From: Diplonema japonicum
Taxonomy: Eukaryota > Protista > Euglenozoa: Diplonemea
Length of the DNA: 64,000 nucleotides
Reading direction: 5' to 3'
Assembly (NCBI GenBank): GCA_964019335.1
Contig: OZ025707.1
Location: 434,001 to 498,000 of the forward strand
A program made the position numbers and the translations under genes. This document shows positions 55,109 to 64,000 of the stretch, piece after piece (positions within the stretch are counted from its first letter, which is position 1; each line of letters opens with the position of its first letter). A model generated the notes under the pieces. The model was not told the origin of the DNA, searched no databases, and worked only from the letters and a program-made list of their open reading frames with translations.

Positions 55109-58018
55109 ATGGTGAAAAGAAAGTATGCAACCATCTCTGACCCGAAGGTGTACCGCAGGAGGACCAGTCCCGACGACCTGGAACGTATGGTCGCAGAGCT
55201 GAAGGGCTACCGCACTGCCGAGGTACTGTTCAGGGGTGGCGAAGGAGGCGTTGAAGACAGCACGAAAAAGGTGCAGGAATGGCTGAAGGGGTACCCGGAG
55301 AAGTCCTTCCTGGGACTGATCACCAACGGGGCAGTGGAGGCGCTCGCTGATGGTGTCAACAAAGGCCAAGAAGAGGAAGTGTGTGAGGCAGTGTGGGTCC
55401 CACTTCTATCGCTCACACACCTGGCGGGCGATGAAGGCTATTCCGTATGCCCCTGCCTTACTCGTTACACCCAGGCAGCTTGTATTCTTCTCAAAAACAC
55501 ACTTTCCTTCGGGGCCATTGAAAGCATCCTCCCTGCACTGACCGTTCTTGCCCAAAACGGCACCGCTTGCGACTATTCGCTCGCGATGAGCTCTGTGAGG
55601 ACCCTTGTGGTCCATCATCTCAAAACCGGAGTCCCCAACCCACACATGGCGCCCCTCCTGGCACACCCTTTTACCTCCGCACCCACCACCGATAAGCAGC
55701 AGCTTCATGAAATCTGCAAGACCCTCGTGGCAGCTGCGGTCCCGTCGCAAAGCCTTGTCCTCTTCCTCCGAGAGATCCTCGGAACGCAAGCGATCATCGA
55801 CGTTGAAGGGCTGCCCTGCAAGAGGGGCGTCCTGGGGGCGTACACCCTCAGCCTTCTCTTGCTTGACTCCGATAAGGTGGCGTTTCTCGCAGATGTGATA
55901 GCCGTGTTGCCCAACCCCGAGAAGCTCGTGGGACACTTGCTAGATAAGATGAAAGCCAAAGGAGTGAAACGCCACGTGATCGACTGCCTGAAAGGGGTGC
56001 TAAGTGCACCGGGGTTGACCGACGGCATGGTGGACATCATAGGTACCATACTGACTGAGAACCTCAAGGAAGCTGACCTGCTGGTGGCGGCGAAGGCGTT
56101 TGCAGGCGTGAGGGTACTACTGGAGGTACACGGCGAGGCGTGGCACGACGGTGCTGCGATCGCCGGTGTGATGGATGCCTCGTTCAAGACGCTGTTGTCC
56201 ACGTCAGCGAGGCTGCGCTCTGCTTCGGGTAAAACTTTGCTTCTTCTCTTTCGAAAGATGCCCCACCTCGCCCCTCATGATGCCTCTATACTGATCCAGC
56301 AAGCTCTTGTGTTCCTCTCGTCGTTGCCCAAACCGACTGACCTGGACACCAACCTTGTGGAGACGCTGGCAGATGTCCTTGCCTTGCCACAGGTCAGCGG
56401 GTCCTTGTCACTCGTGATGACCATCCCTTACGATGTTGTGAAGGCGAAGTACATTGCAAAGAAGCATAGAAATGTGGAAAGTATGCTCTCAGAACTGCCC
56501 GACACCTTGTGGGGCGAAGCTGCCAAGTATGTTCCTCAGGAGGCGTACCCGGCAGACACAACGAACGCGAACCTTCTGTGGTTCAGGGCAGCAGCGGAGC
56601 CGCTTATCGCAAACGTTGATGAAGCAGTGCGTAACGTGTTTGAAGGCAACAGGCTGCTGGAAGCGAGGTCCGCATTGAAACTTGCTGCAAAGAATCACCT
56701 GCAGTGGCCTTACAAGCATCAATTTCTTTCGTACTGCCTCCAAGCCCATCCTTTGGAAACCCTGCAGTACATCGACACCTTGCCCGGCACAGACGCACGT
56801 GAGGTCGCCTACCCGCTGCTCATTGATCTGGAAAAAAGAAAGATGTATAGAAAACTGATCGAGCTGCTGACGGCAACGGTGGTGATCTGCAAGGAAAAAT
56901 GGTTTGAAACCGCGGAGGGTAAATGGGTAACGGTGCAGGACAAGGTGGAGGACATCGAAAAAGAGGAAGGTGACCCGCAAGACGAGCAGGACAACTACTT
57001 GAAAGACGACCAGCTGAAAAGGGAGAAGCAAGGGTACGTAAAGAGGTTCGCCCAACTCGCTTTTCAAAACGGGATCCTGTCAAGGTACGCCACCTTCGTG
57101 TCGAGGAACATAGCAGACGGCGGCGCTGCGGAGTGCGCAGTTCAGGTCGTGAAGATAGCCCCGGGGGCCGTCATTGACCAGATGGGCCATGCTGCCGTTT
57201 CCAGCTTGACCCCCATCACTGTCAAGGTACTTGCAGAGTGCATAAGGAACGGCTTCCCTGGGGTAAAATTGCTGTCTTCGGTGCTTTCTGATCCAGATGC
57301 AGAAGGTTCATTGAAGGTCTCTGTGGCAGAGGAGCTTGGTGGGTTCCTTCTGAGCGGGCAGGTTCGTGATTCAGTGGACCTTCTCGTGACGATGTCTCTC
57401 TGTGTTGGTTCGCTCGACGCCAAGCTGTCAGGCTGTGCGATTAAATACATCAGATGCCACGTCAAGAGCGATCCGCACCCAGGGCAAGCCGTTGTCAATC
57501 TCTTTACATCGCTTCCTGAGAAGACCAATGTGGGGGTCGCTCTTGCGATCCTTGCCGGGTGTCCCCAGGTTGCTTCTGCCGCGTCGTCTCCCTTTGTGAA
57601 CCTGTTGACCGATTCTCTGAAAGCCGCAGCGGAGGGGACACCACTAGACACCCGTGCCTTGGACGTCGCTGAAGTGCTCGCAGCCCTTTCTCACACCGGT
57701 CACTCTTTGGGTGTTTTGTATACTTATCTTAAACCACTCGTTCCGGAAGGGCAGGACGAGGACCACAAGCTGCCGCAAGCCTTGATTGCATCTCTTTTGA
57801 AGTTAGTGCAGAAACAAGGCAACGAGAAGTCTGGTAAGGGGAACGCTTTGGCAGAACTGTTGAAGCAAGCAAGCGGCAAGACGTCCGGTTACAGGAAGAG
57901 AAGCCACACCGAAACGAAGGCGAGGACCAACGCGCTGAAAGAGTACGAAATTGCTGTCGCCAGCCTGGCGAAGATTAAGAAGCTTGCGGAAAAACCGCTT
58001 CAGGTGTTTACACTCTGA
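55109..58018 (+). CDS. Large alpha-helical HEAT/ARM-repeat protein (possibly an RRP12-like ribosome biogenesis factor)
   Basis: Intact ~970-aa Leu/Ala-rich helical ORF with basic termini. ATG 55109 follows a pyrimidine tract and CAG at 55098-55100. The RRP12 assignment is tentative. Confidence 0.6.
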   Translation: MVKRKYATISDPKVYRRRTSPDDLERMVAELKGYRTAEVLFRGGEGGVEDSTKKVQEWLKGYPEKSFLGLITNGAVEALADGVNKGQEEEVCEAVWVPLLSLTHLAGDEGYSVCPCLTRYTQAACILLKNTLSFGAIESILPALTVLAQNGTACDYSLAMSSVRTLVVHHLKTGVPNPHMAPLLAHPFTSAPTTDKQQLHEICKTLVAAAVPSQSLVLFLREILGTQAIIDVEGLPCKRGVLGAYTLSLLLLDSDKVAFLADVIAVLPNPEKLVGHLLDKMKAKGVKRHVIDCLKGVLSAPGLTDGMVDIIGTILTENLKEADLLVAAKAFAGVRVLLEVHGEAWHDGAAIAGVMDASFKTLLSTSARLRSASGKTLLLLFRKMPHLAPHDASILIQQALVFLSSLPKPTDLDTNLVETLADVLALPQVSGSLSLVMTIPYDVVKAKYIAKKHRNVESMLSELPDTLWGEAAKYVPQEAYPADTTNANLLWFRAAAEPLIANVDEAVRNVFEGNRLLEARSALKLAAKNHLQWPYKHQFLSYCLQAHPLETLQYIDTLPGTDAREVAYPLLIDLEKRKMYRKLIELLTATVVICKEKWFETAEGKWVTVQDKVEDIEKEEGDPQDEQDNYLKDDQLKREKQGYVKRFAQLAFQNGILSRYATFVSRNIADGGAAECAVQVVKIAPGAVIDQMGHAAVSSLTPITVKVLAECIRNGFPGVKLLSSVLSDPDAEGSLKVSVAEELGGFLLSGQVRDSVDLLVTMSLCVGSLDAKLSGCAIKYIRCHVKSDPHPGQAVVNLFTSLPEKTNVGVALAILAGCPQVASAASSPFVNLLTDSLKAAAEGTPLDTRALDVAEVLAALSHTGHSLGVLYTYLKPLVPEGQDEDHKLPQALIASLLKLVQKQGNEKSGKGNALAELLKQASGKTSGYRKRSHTETKARTNALKEYEIAVASLAKIKKLAEKPLQVFTL

Positions 58019-58119
58019 AATCTCTCATGTGTCGTTTTCTCTTTTTCTTTTTTAACGTACACCTTCATAAACACCCTTATTTTGTGCTCACAATAGACAT
58101 GTTATGAATATGAGTACCT

Positions 58120-61100
58120 ATGAGTATCGTGACCTTCGAAAAGGTTGAGGAGCAGTCAGATAGCTCAAGTAACAGTAGCAGCAATTGCAGAGATGTTAGG
58201 ACGGTGAGTAGGCTGTGCGATGCGATGAGTGTGCCTTCGAGCGATTACTTGGAGTGTTTTAGTAGCGGTGATGATACTGAGAGCGAGACCGATGACGAGG
58301 AACGGGATCCAACCCTCGTGCGACGCATTGTGGAACACCCCTACATGGAGGTAGGGGTCGCCCTTTTGATCTTCGCCAACTGTATCACGCTGGCCCTCGA
58401 CAGCCCCGGCGGTGACGAGTCCCCTGTGCTCAATGGGTTCGAGTACTTCTTCACCGTCGCCTTCTTCATCGAGGCTGTGCTCAAAATGATGGCAAAGGGT
58501 GTTATCCATCCCCGTCGCGCGTACCTCCGAAGCAACTGGAACAAATTCGACTTTCTGATTATTGTTATCAACGTGATATGTCTCGTGACCAATGTGGGGA
58601 AGAACGTGTCCTCTATCCGCACTCTGCGTGTTCTGAAGGCGCTTCTCATGGTGGATAGGACCCCGGGCCTCAAGCAGATGGTGGTTGCAACCATCAAGTC
58701 GCTGAAGAGTTTGGCGCACCTTGCGTTGCTGATTCTGTTCATCGTTGTGATCCACAGCATCTGGGCAGTGCAGATGTGGAAAGGCACGTGGAGGTACCGT
58801 TGCGTGAATGCAGAAGGGTTGCTCGACCACACCGGAGGGTGCTCACCGAACATGACCTCTACCGTCTCTCTTGTCATGTCGCATGAGTGTTCCGATGGAT
58901 ACAAGTGCCTCCCTGTGGGCAACCCTTCTTACGGCCTTGCGTCTTTCGACAACTTCGGAGCATCGGTTGTGCTCATCGTGCAGTGCATCACTCTCTCAGG
59001 ATGGTCGCAAATCATGGTGCACACCATCGATGCCAACGGGGACTTTCCGATTTTTTTCTTCGGTGGCATCGTTTCCATCAGCAACTACATCGTCCTCCCC
59101 CTCTCCATCATCATCGTGAAGAACGCCCTGCACCGCATCAACACGCACAGACCTCTGTCTCAGAAAAGGACCGCTTTCCGTCTCATGCGCAGCAGCCTCC
59201 ACTCTGCCCCGCCCACGACCCCTTCCAGGCTTTCGAAGCAAGTCTTTCTTGAAGGTCGGAAACAACACAAGTTTCTGATAATTCTAAGTTTTGTAGTTCC
59301 ACCGCTGCTTGTGATAAACGTGTTGCTGATGGCGATGGTGCACTACAAGATGGACAGACGTTGGGAGCAGGCTATCCATGCCTTCGGGACCGCTGCGTCT
59401 GCCTTCTTCTTTTTAGAAGTGGTTACAAAGTTCATGCTACTGCGTCGGTCCTACTTCTCCGACTACTTCAACATCTTCGACCTCATACTAGTCCTGCTGT
59501 CTGTCATCAGCCGGACTGTATTTTCAGGGGATGGCAGTGTTGTCATCGCCTTGCGTGTTCTGCGTCTTGTCCGTGTCATCCGCCTCTTGAAGTCCACGTC
59601 CGTGCGCAGACAAATCGAAGGCATCATCGGCGCGACGAAGAAAACCGGATACATGCTGCTGCTTGTCCTCATTTACACGTTCATGGTCGCACTGTTCCTG
59701 ATGCACATGTACGGCAGTGCTACGGAGGCGTTCTCCTCCTTCAACAAGTCGATTCTGGCTTCGCTTCAGGTCATCACCGGCGACAAGTGGGGCAGCGTTA
59801 TGTACGCCGTGATGAACGATCACACTCCAGCGGCTGCTGTAATGTTCATCGTCTTCCATTTTTTGGGGCATTTTCTGACCACAAAGCTCTTTGTCGCCGT
59901 GGTGATGGAATACTACGAGTTCGTACAGGAAGCGCTGGCGACATGTGGGACAAGCGGGAGGCGGAGACGTGCCGACAGCAGGATGAAGAAAAGCATCAAG
60001 ACGGTGGAGAGGCTGAACCATCGCGATCAGACGCAGCGTGATGAGTTGGTGCTGCACATCCAGCTGGCTGTCCCGCACGACTACAGGCACACCCCTGAGC
60101 TGTGTGACGCTTACATGAAGGGCGTGCTGGAGGCGTCTTACGAGAACCATTCAATGGTAGAGCTGTATATGAAAAACGAAGTACGCGGGAAGAAGCTTGT
60201 TGAAGCATTCACACGTGGCAGGGGAACGCGTGAGAGTGTCAGTCGTGACAAACTGTCAGTCCTGTTAGGGTGGTCAGCCACTCTCGCTGCGTTAACCGCC
60301 GTGCAGCCGCATGAGGACCTCGACAACGATGAGAACTCGATGTTCATCTTCCCCCCCTCCGTACGCCAGCACGTGGCATGGGTTGTCAAGAGGCCGTGGT
60401 TCGATAGGATCGCCATCATCCTCGCGCTGCTTTCATGCATCACGTCCGCACTCGGGAGCTTTTATGAACACGAGATCATGGTGGTCGACTACTACATCAC
60501 GGGGTTCTTCTTCGTGGAGATGCTCTTGAAATCCGTGGCATACGGGTTCATCAAAGGCGAGGGCGCGTACCTTAAGAACGGCTGGAACCAGTTCGACTTC
60601 ATGATCCTCCTTGTCGTGCTGCTGTCGTACGTGCTGGCTCCTTTGCACATTTCGGTGGTGAAAGTAATCAGATCGCTGAGGGCGATCCGGCCTATGCGGT
60701 TGCTGAAACGGTGGAAGGGTGTCAAGCTGGTTGCCCTGGCATTGGTACGATGCTTGCCAGGTTTGCTATCGGCATTTGCATTGGTATCTTTAGTGTTAAT
60801 CCTTTTCGCCGTGTGGGGCGTTAACATCATGAAGGGCAGGTTTGGGCAGTGCACCGTTCCGTATATTGGCGCGATGACCGACTGCCACGGCGAATACTTT
60901 TACCCCGATAACTTCACAGATTACACCTTTCCTGAAGAGCTGGTGATCAACACGACTGAGGGGGGTTTCATTGTGACGGCTGAGTGGGTGTCGCGCGCCC
61001 AGCACTTCGACCATGTATTCGCAGCAGTGCGCAGCCTCCTCGCTTTGTCCACATACGACAACTGGCGAGCACACTTGGAGCTCTACCAGTCGGTTTGTTT

Positions 61101-62904
61101 TGAAAAGTCACCCGGGCAGTGCGACCCCAGTGCTGCGCCTGTGGTGTTCCTCTTACTGTTTCTGGCGTGGAATGTTTTCTTTGTGTACCCGATCGTGACG
61201 GCAGAGGTGGTCGTGATATATATCGAAGTAAGAAAAGAGATAGAGCACACTGCGGACTACTCGGTGAGGGAACTGGCTTACTTCTACATGATGAAGATGC
61301 TGTTTCTAATCAAACCGAGCTACAAGAACAGTCCACGGGACTCGCAGCTAGCCAGGTATTGCTACTTCGTGGTGACGCACAGGTGGTTCGATAACATCAT
61401 AGGTGTGACGATCGTCCTGAACATCATCACGATGGCGACGGAACATGAGGGGATGCCCGACGTGCTGGGGAAAATGCTGCTTGTCACAGACACGGGTTTC
61501 ACATTCTTGTTTCTCATCGAAGCTGTCCTGAAGCTCAGCGCCTTCGGGACCGCGTACTTCAAAGAAAGCTGGAACCGGTTTGACTTCTTGTTGGTCACGG
61601 CCTCCATGATTGAGTTTATTGTGTTCGTTGTGATGGGCAGCAACAGCCTGCCGGTCAACCCGTTCATTTTAAGATCGCTCCGTGCATTTCTCCGCCTTCG
61701 CAAGGCGCAGAGGCTTCTCAGGTTGGTGAAGCGGACCCGGGGAATCCAACTCCTGTTTGAAACATTGTGGGTTGCCCTCCCGTACCTCTGTGCGAATGCA
61801 TTCTTCTACTTCATGACCACGTTGGTGTACTCCATCGTGGGTGTCGGTCTGTTCAATTCTGTCAAGTGGACGCCAAATGGGTTGGACACACATGTGAACT
61901 TCAACAACGTGCTTTCTGCAAGCATCACATTGCACCGGGTTGCCACCGGTGACAACTGGGCGGTCCTCATGGAGAACTGCATGCTGTCCCCGCCGTACTG
62001 CTCGGAAGAGGGAGACACATGCGGGTACCCATTTGCCGCACCTGTCTACTTCATCACTTTCAAAGGTCTGTCTTACATAGTGATCGTGACCCTTTTTATC
62101 GCCACTGTGGTTGATCACTACACGGCAATGACAAAACTCGGCGGTCTCACTGGCGGGATGCGCGAGATCTCCATCCTGCACTCGGTGTGGTCTGAGATGT
62201 TTTCGAACAAAGAAACCATCCCCGCCATGTGCCTCCCTCCACTCATGGTGGAGATTGGCAAGCGCAAATCCGTCGATTACACCCCGAAGTTCTTCCTCCC
62301 TGAGAACTACACGAGGTTGGACTTCTTCAAGATCTTCGAGTCGTATCAGATTATCGACCACCAGGGGGTGGTTCACTTCTCCTCCCTTTTGCTCGAGGTG
62401 GCCTTCAACCAGCTGTCGAAGGTGAACGGAAAAGGCATCACGAGGAAGGAATGGTGGTCCTTCGAATATGACTGGTACCGTTTGGTCCCTGCAATCAGGC
62501 TGCCTGTGAGCAGGCTGCTATGGTATAGGTACAGGTTGAGAGACTACTTTGCGGTGGTGTTCATCCAACGGTGGTATCGGTTCCTGCTGCGCCTTTCCAA
62601 AATGAGGAGGCTGCTGCCGTTGGATGTGGCCTACTGGAAATCAAAGAGGGCGCAGCCCAGGCTTGAACGGGGCAATACTTTCACAAAAGCACGGTACCGT
62701 AGCCCTACGGAACTCGAGAAGGTTCATGAGAAGAGCCTTACATTCCCAGACAATGTCAGCAGCGTCAGCTCCTATGTGCTCAGCGCCCCTACCGCGACAC
62801 TCGCCACGCCCCTCCTTGCAGACTTTGCGCCCCAGTTTTCTCAACTTTCAAACCCCCTCCTCTCCACGAGCCACAAATCGGGCCCCAGCTCTGTGCTGTT
62901 GTAA
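58120..62904 (+). CDS. Four-domain voltage-gated Ca2+/Na+ channel alpha subunit
   Basis: Four 6-TM repeats with WN.FD motifs and R/K-rich S4 segments; pore motifs ITLSGW, ITGDKW, STYDNW and ATGDNW; C-terminal IQRWYR motif. Confidence 0.95.
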   Translation: MSIVTFEKVEEQSDSSSNSSSNCRDVRTVSRLCDAMSVPSSDYLECFSSGDDTESETDDEERDPTLVRRIVEHPYMEVGVALLIFANCITLALDSPGGDESPVLNGFEYFFTVAFFIEAVLKMMAKGVIHPRRAYLRSNWNKFDFLIIVINVICLVTNVGKNVSSIRTLRVLKALLMVDRTPGLKQMVVATIKSLKSLAHLALLILFIVVIHSIWAVQMWKGTWRYRCVNAEGLLDHTGGCSPNMTSTVSLVMSHECSDGYKCLPVGNPSYGLASFDNFGASVVLIVQCITLSGWSQIMVHTIDANGDFPIFFFGGIVSISNYIVLPLSIIIVKNALHRINTHRPLSQKRTAFRLMRSSLHSAPPTTPSRLSKQVFLEGRKQHKFLIILSFVVPPLLVINVLLMAMVHYKMDRRWEQAIHAFGTAASAFFFLEVVTKFMLLRRSYFSDYFNIFDLILVLLSVISRTVFSGDGSVVIALRVLRLVRVIRLLKSTSVRRQIEGIIGATKKTGYMLLLVLIYTFMVALFLMHMYGSATEAFSSFNKSILASLQVITGDKWGSVMYAVMNDHTPAAAVMFIVFHFLGHFLTTKLFVAVVMEYYEFVQEALATCGTSGRRRRADSRMKKSIKTVERLNHRDQTQRDELVLHIQLAVPHDYRHTPELCDAYMKGVLEASYENHSMVELYMKNEVRGKKLVEAFTRGRGTRESVSRDKLSVLLGWSATLAALTAVQPHEDLDNDENSMFIFPPSVRQHVAWVVKRPWFDRIAIILALLSCITSALGSFYEHEIMVVDYYITGFFFVEMLLKSVAYGFIKGEGAYLKNGWNQFDFMILLVVLLSYVLAPLHISVVKVIRSLRAIRPMRLLKRWKGVKLVALALVRCLPGLLSAFALVSLVLILFAVWGVNIMKGRFGQCTVPYIGAMTDCHGEYFYPDNFTDYTFPEELVINTTEGGFIVTAEWVSRAQHFDHVFAAVRSLLALSTYDNWRAHLELYQSVCFEKSPGQCDPSAAPVVFLLLFLAWNVFFVYPIVTAEVVVIYIEVRKEIEHTADYSVRELAYFYMMKMLFLIKPSYKNSPRDSQLARYCYFVVTHRWFDNIIGVTIVLNIITMATEHEGMPDVLGKMLLVTDTGFTFLFLIEAVLKLSAFGTAYFKESWNRFDFLLVTASMIEFIVFVVMGSNSLPVNPFILRSLRAFLRLRKAQRLLRLVKRTRGIQLLFETLWVALPYLCANAFFYFMTTLVYSIVGVGLFNSVKWTPNGLDTHVNFNNVLSASITLHRVATGDNWAVLMENCMLSPPYCSEEGDTCGYPFAAPVYFITFKGLSYIVIVTLFIATVVDHYTAMTKLGGLTGGMREISILHSVWSEMFSNKETIPAMCLPPLMVEIGKRKSVDYTPKFFLPENYTRLDFFKIFESYQIIDHQGVVHFSSLLLEVAFNQLSKVNGKGITRKEWWSFEYDWYRLVPAIRLPVSRLLWYRYRLRDYFAVVFIQRWYRFLLRLSKMRRLLPLDVAYWKSKRAQPRLERGNTFTKARYRSPTELEKVHEKSLTFPDNVSSVSSYVLSAPTATLATPLLADFAPQFSQLSNPLLSTSHKSGPSSVLL

Positions 62905-63100
62905 TTACATTTTAATAATGGCAACTTCTGTTGTCCATGGAAAAAGAGAAAAAGAACATTAGTAAGGAGACCCACTTTTTTTTGTGTCTGCCAGCTTCTT
63001 CAGTCTTGAGTTTTGAGCAAGCTTTGATCGTAGAGTAGCCTTCTTCAAAACGATACAGGTTGGGGTACACAAGAAAGGAAGGGGGGGAAAAGAAAAAAGT

Positions 63101-64000
63101 ATGAATGGACACAACGGCGTGGCGGTGTCCACAGCTACACTTCCTGTTGTGGAGGAGCTGTGGACGGCCCCGCAGTTCTCTGTGTCGCCGGGGTTCAATG
63201 ATGACTTCAAGTATGGTTTTCTCACTCTGAAAGAAAACACAAACCCTACAGCCGGTTGCTAGGGGCGCAGACCACCCCTCAGCAAGAGCCTGTCCCTGCT
63301 TCCACGGCGAACACACTCCTTCAGTACAGCGTGAACATGAACGAGAACCTAGGCCTCAGCCCCATCCCACACGAGACACCCGTTCGCAGCGACGATGTCG
63401 CAGCCCCCGTCTCGCCACCCAAAGTCGAGACCTCTGAAGAGGATCGACGCAAGCATCTGATTGAAAGGGGTCGCGCTGCATTAGAGGACTGGCGGTCCTG
63501 CAAAGACAACGGGGCAAAGTTCCTGGTGCCTGAGGACGACAAGGATGATCTGCAGGCAACGCACCAAGAGCTGAAGCTGAAAGAAGCGGAAGAGACCATT
63601 GTTGAACTAAAGAAGCAGCTGGAAGATCTGTCGCAAGAGATGGGCGAGAAGGACGCAACCATTGAAGGGTTGAAGCAGCAATCCTACTGTACTGAGGATC
63701 TGGGCAGCCTGTCTGCGTTGAAGGTATCGTTACAGGAGGCAGAGGACAGAGCAACGAAGGTACTGCATGAGGCAACCCAACAACACGCAACAGGCAACCA
63801 TGTTCGCACAACAGAAATCCGACGTGGCGTCGACCCTTGCCATCGAGGTTGCGAACCTGCAGACTGCCTTGGACAGGTCGAAGGTACCGGAGGCCAATGA
63901 GGTATGCACTGCAGATCACCACCACTGCCAACCGCAGGATATTCACACTACAAACGAACACTCCCTGGAGCTTGAGCAAGCTAAAGCCGAGCGGATAAAA
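63101..64000 (+). CDS. 5' part of a coiled-coil protein; exons 63101-63210, 63252-63759, 63794-63901, 63938->64000
   Basis: GT-AG introns 63211-63251, 63760-63793 and 63902-63937 give a continuous frame running off the window. Confidence 0.75.

Noticed and set aside
63760-63900. Apparent frameshift or premature stop in the last gene
   Set aside because: Explained by ordinary GT-AG introns at 63760-63793 and 63902-63937.
126-63979. Numerous minus-strand and alternate-frame ORFs
   Set aside because: They are shadows of + strand coiled-coil genes (Ser/Leu/Phe-rich antisense) or translations of poly-A/T tracts, with no independent domain signal.

Overview
Eukaryotic nuclear DNA, most likely from a euglenozoan. 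An LSU rRNA fragment carries a kinetoplastid/diplonemid-type sequence, and intron-containing genes lie in one directional array, which suggests a diplonemid-like organism (inference). All 22 credible protein genes lie on the + strand, separated by homopolymer-rich spacers and split by short (about 34-73 nt) GT-AG introns. Many introns are A-rich right up to the 3' AG. Recognisable products: RNF213-like C-terminus plus PDZ, a giant coiled-coil protein with a P-loop-less kinesin-like head, a CGHT thioredoxin-fold miniprotein, a PWI/Nab2-like poly-Q protein, NELF-C/D (TH1), RABL6, an XRN exoribonuclease fused to CCCH and RRM domains, two nucleoplasmin-like paralogs, a pseudo-caspase protein, a HEAT-repeat protein and a 4-domain Cav/Nav-type channel with an S/D/D/D filter. 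There are four DNA transposon relics: an intronic pogo-like element with an internal inversion, two Sola-like elements with 4-bp TSDs, and a hAT-like MITE. There is also a deleted LSU rRNA fragment and a 200-N gap. The least explained signal is non-coding: two families of dispersed hairpin modules (A and B) recur in spacers, three times in A-then-B order. One B copy is 5'-truncated and flanked by an 8-bp direct repeat, as if retroposed. A cluster of other structured islands lies at 22.4-24.3 kb. All calls were made by eye; no searches or folding were run.
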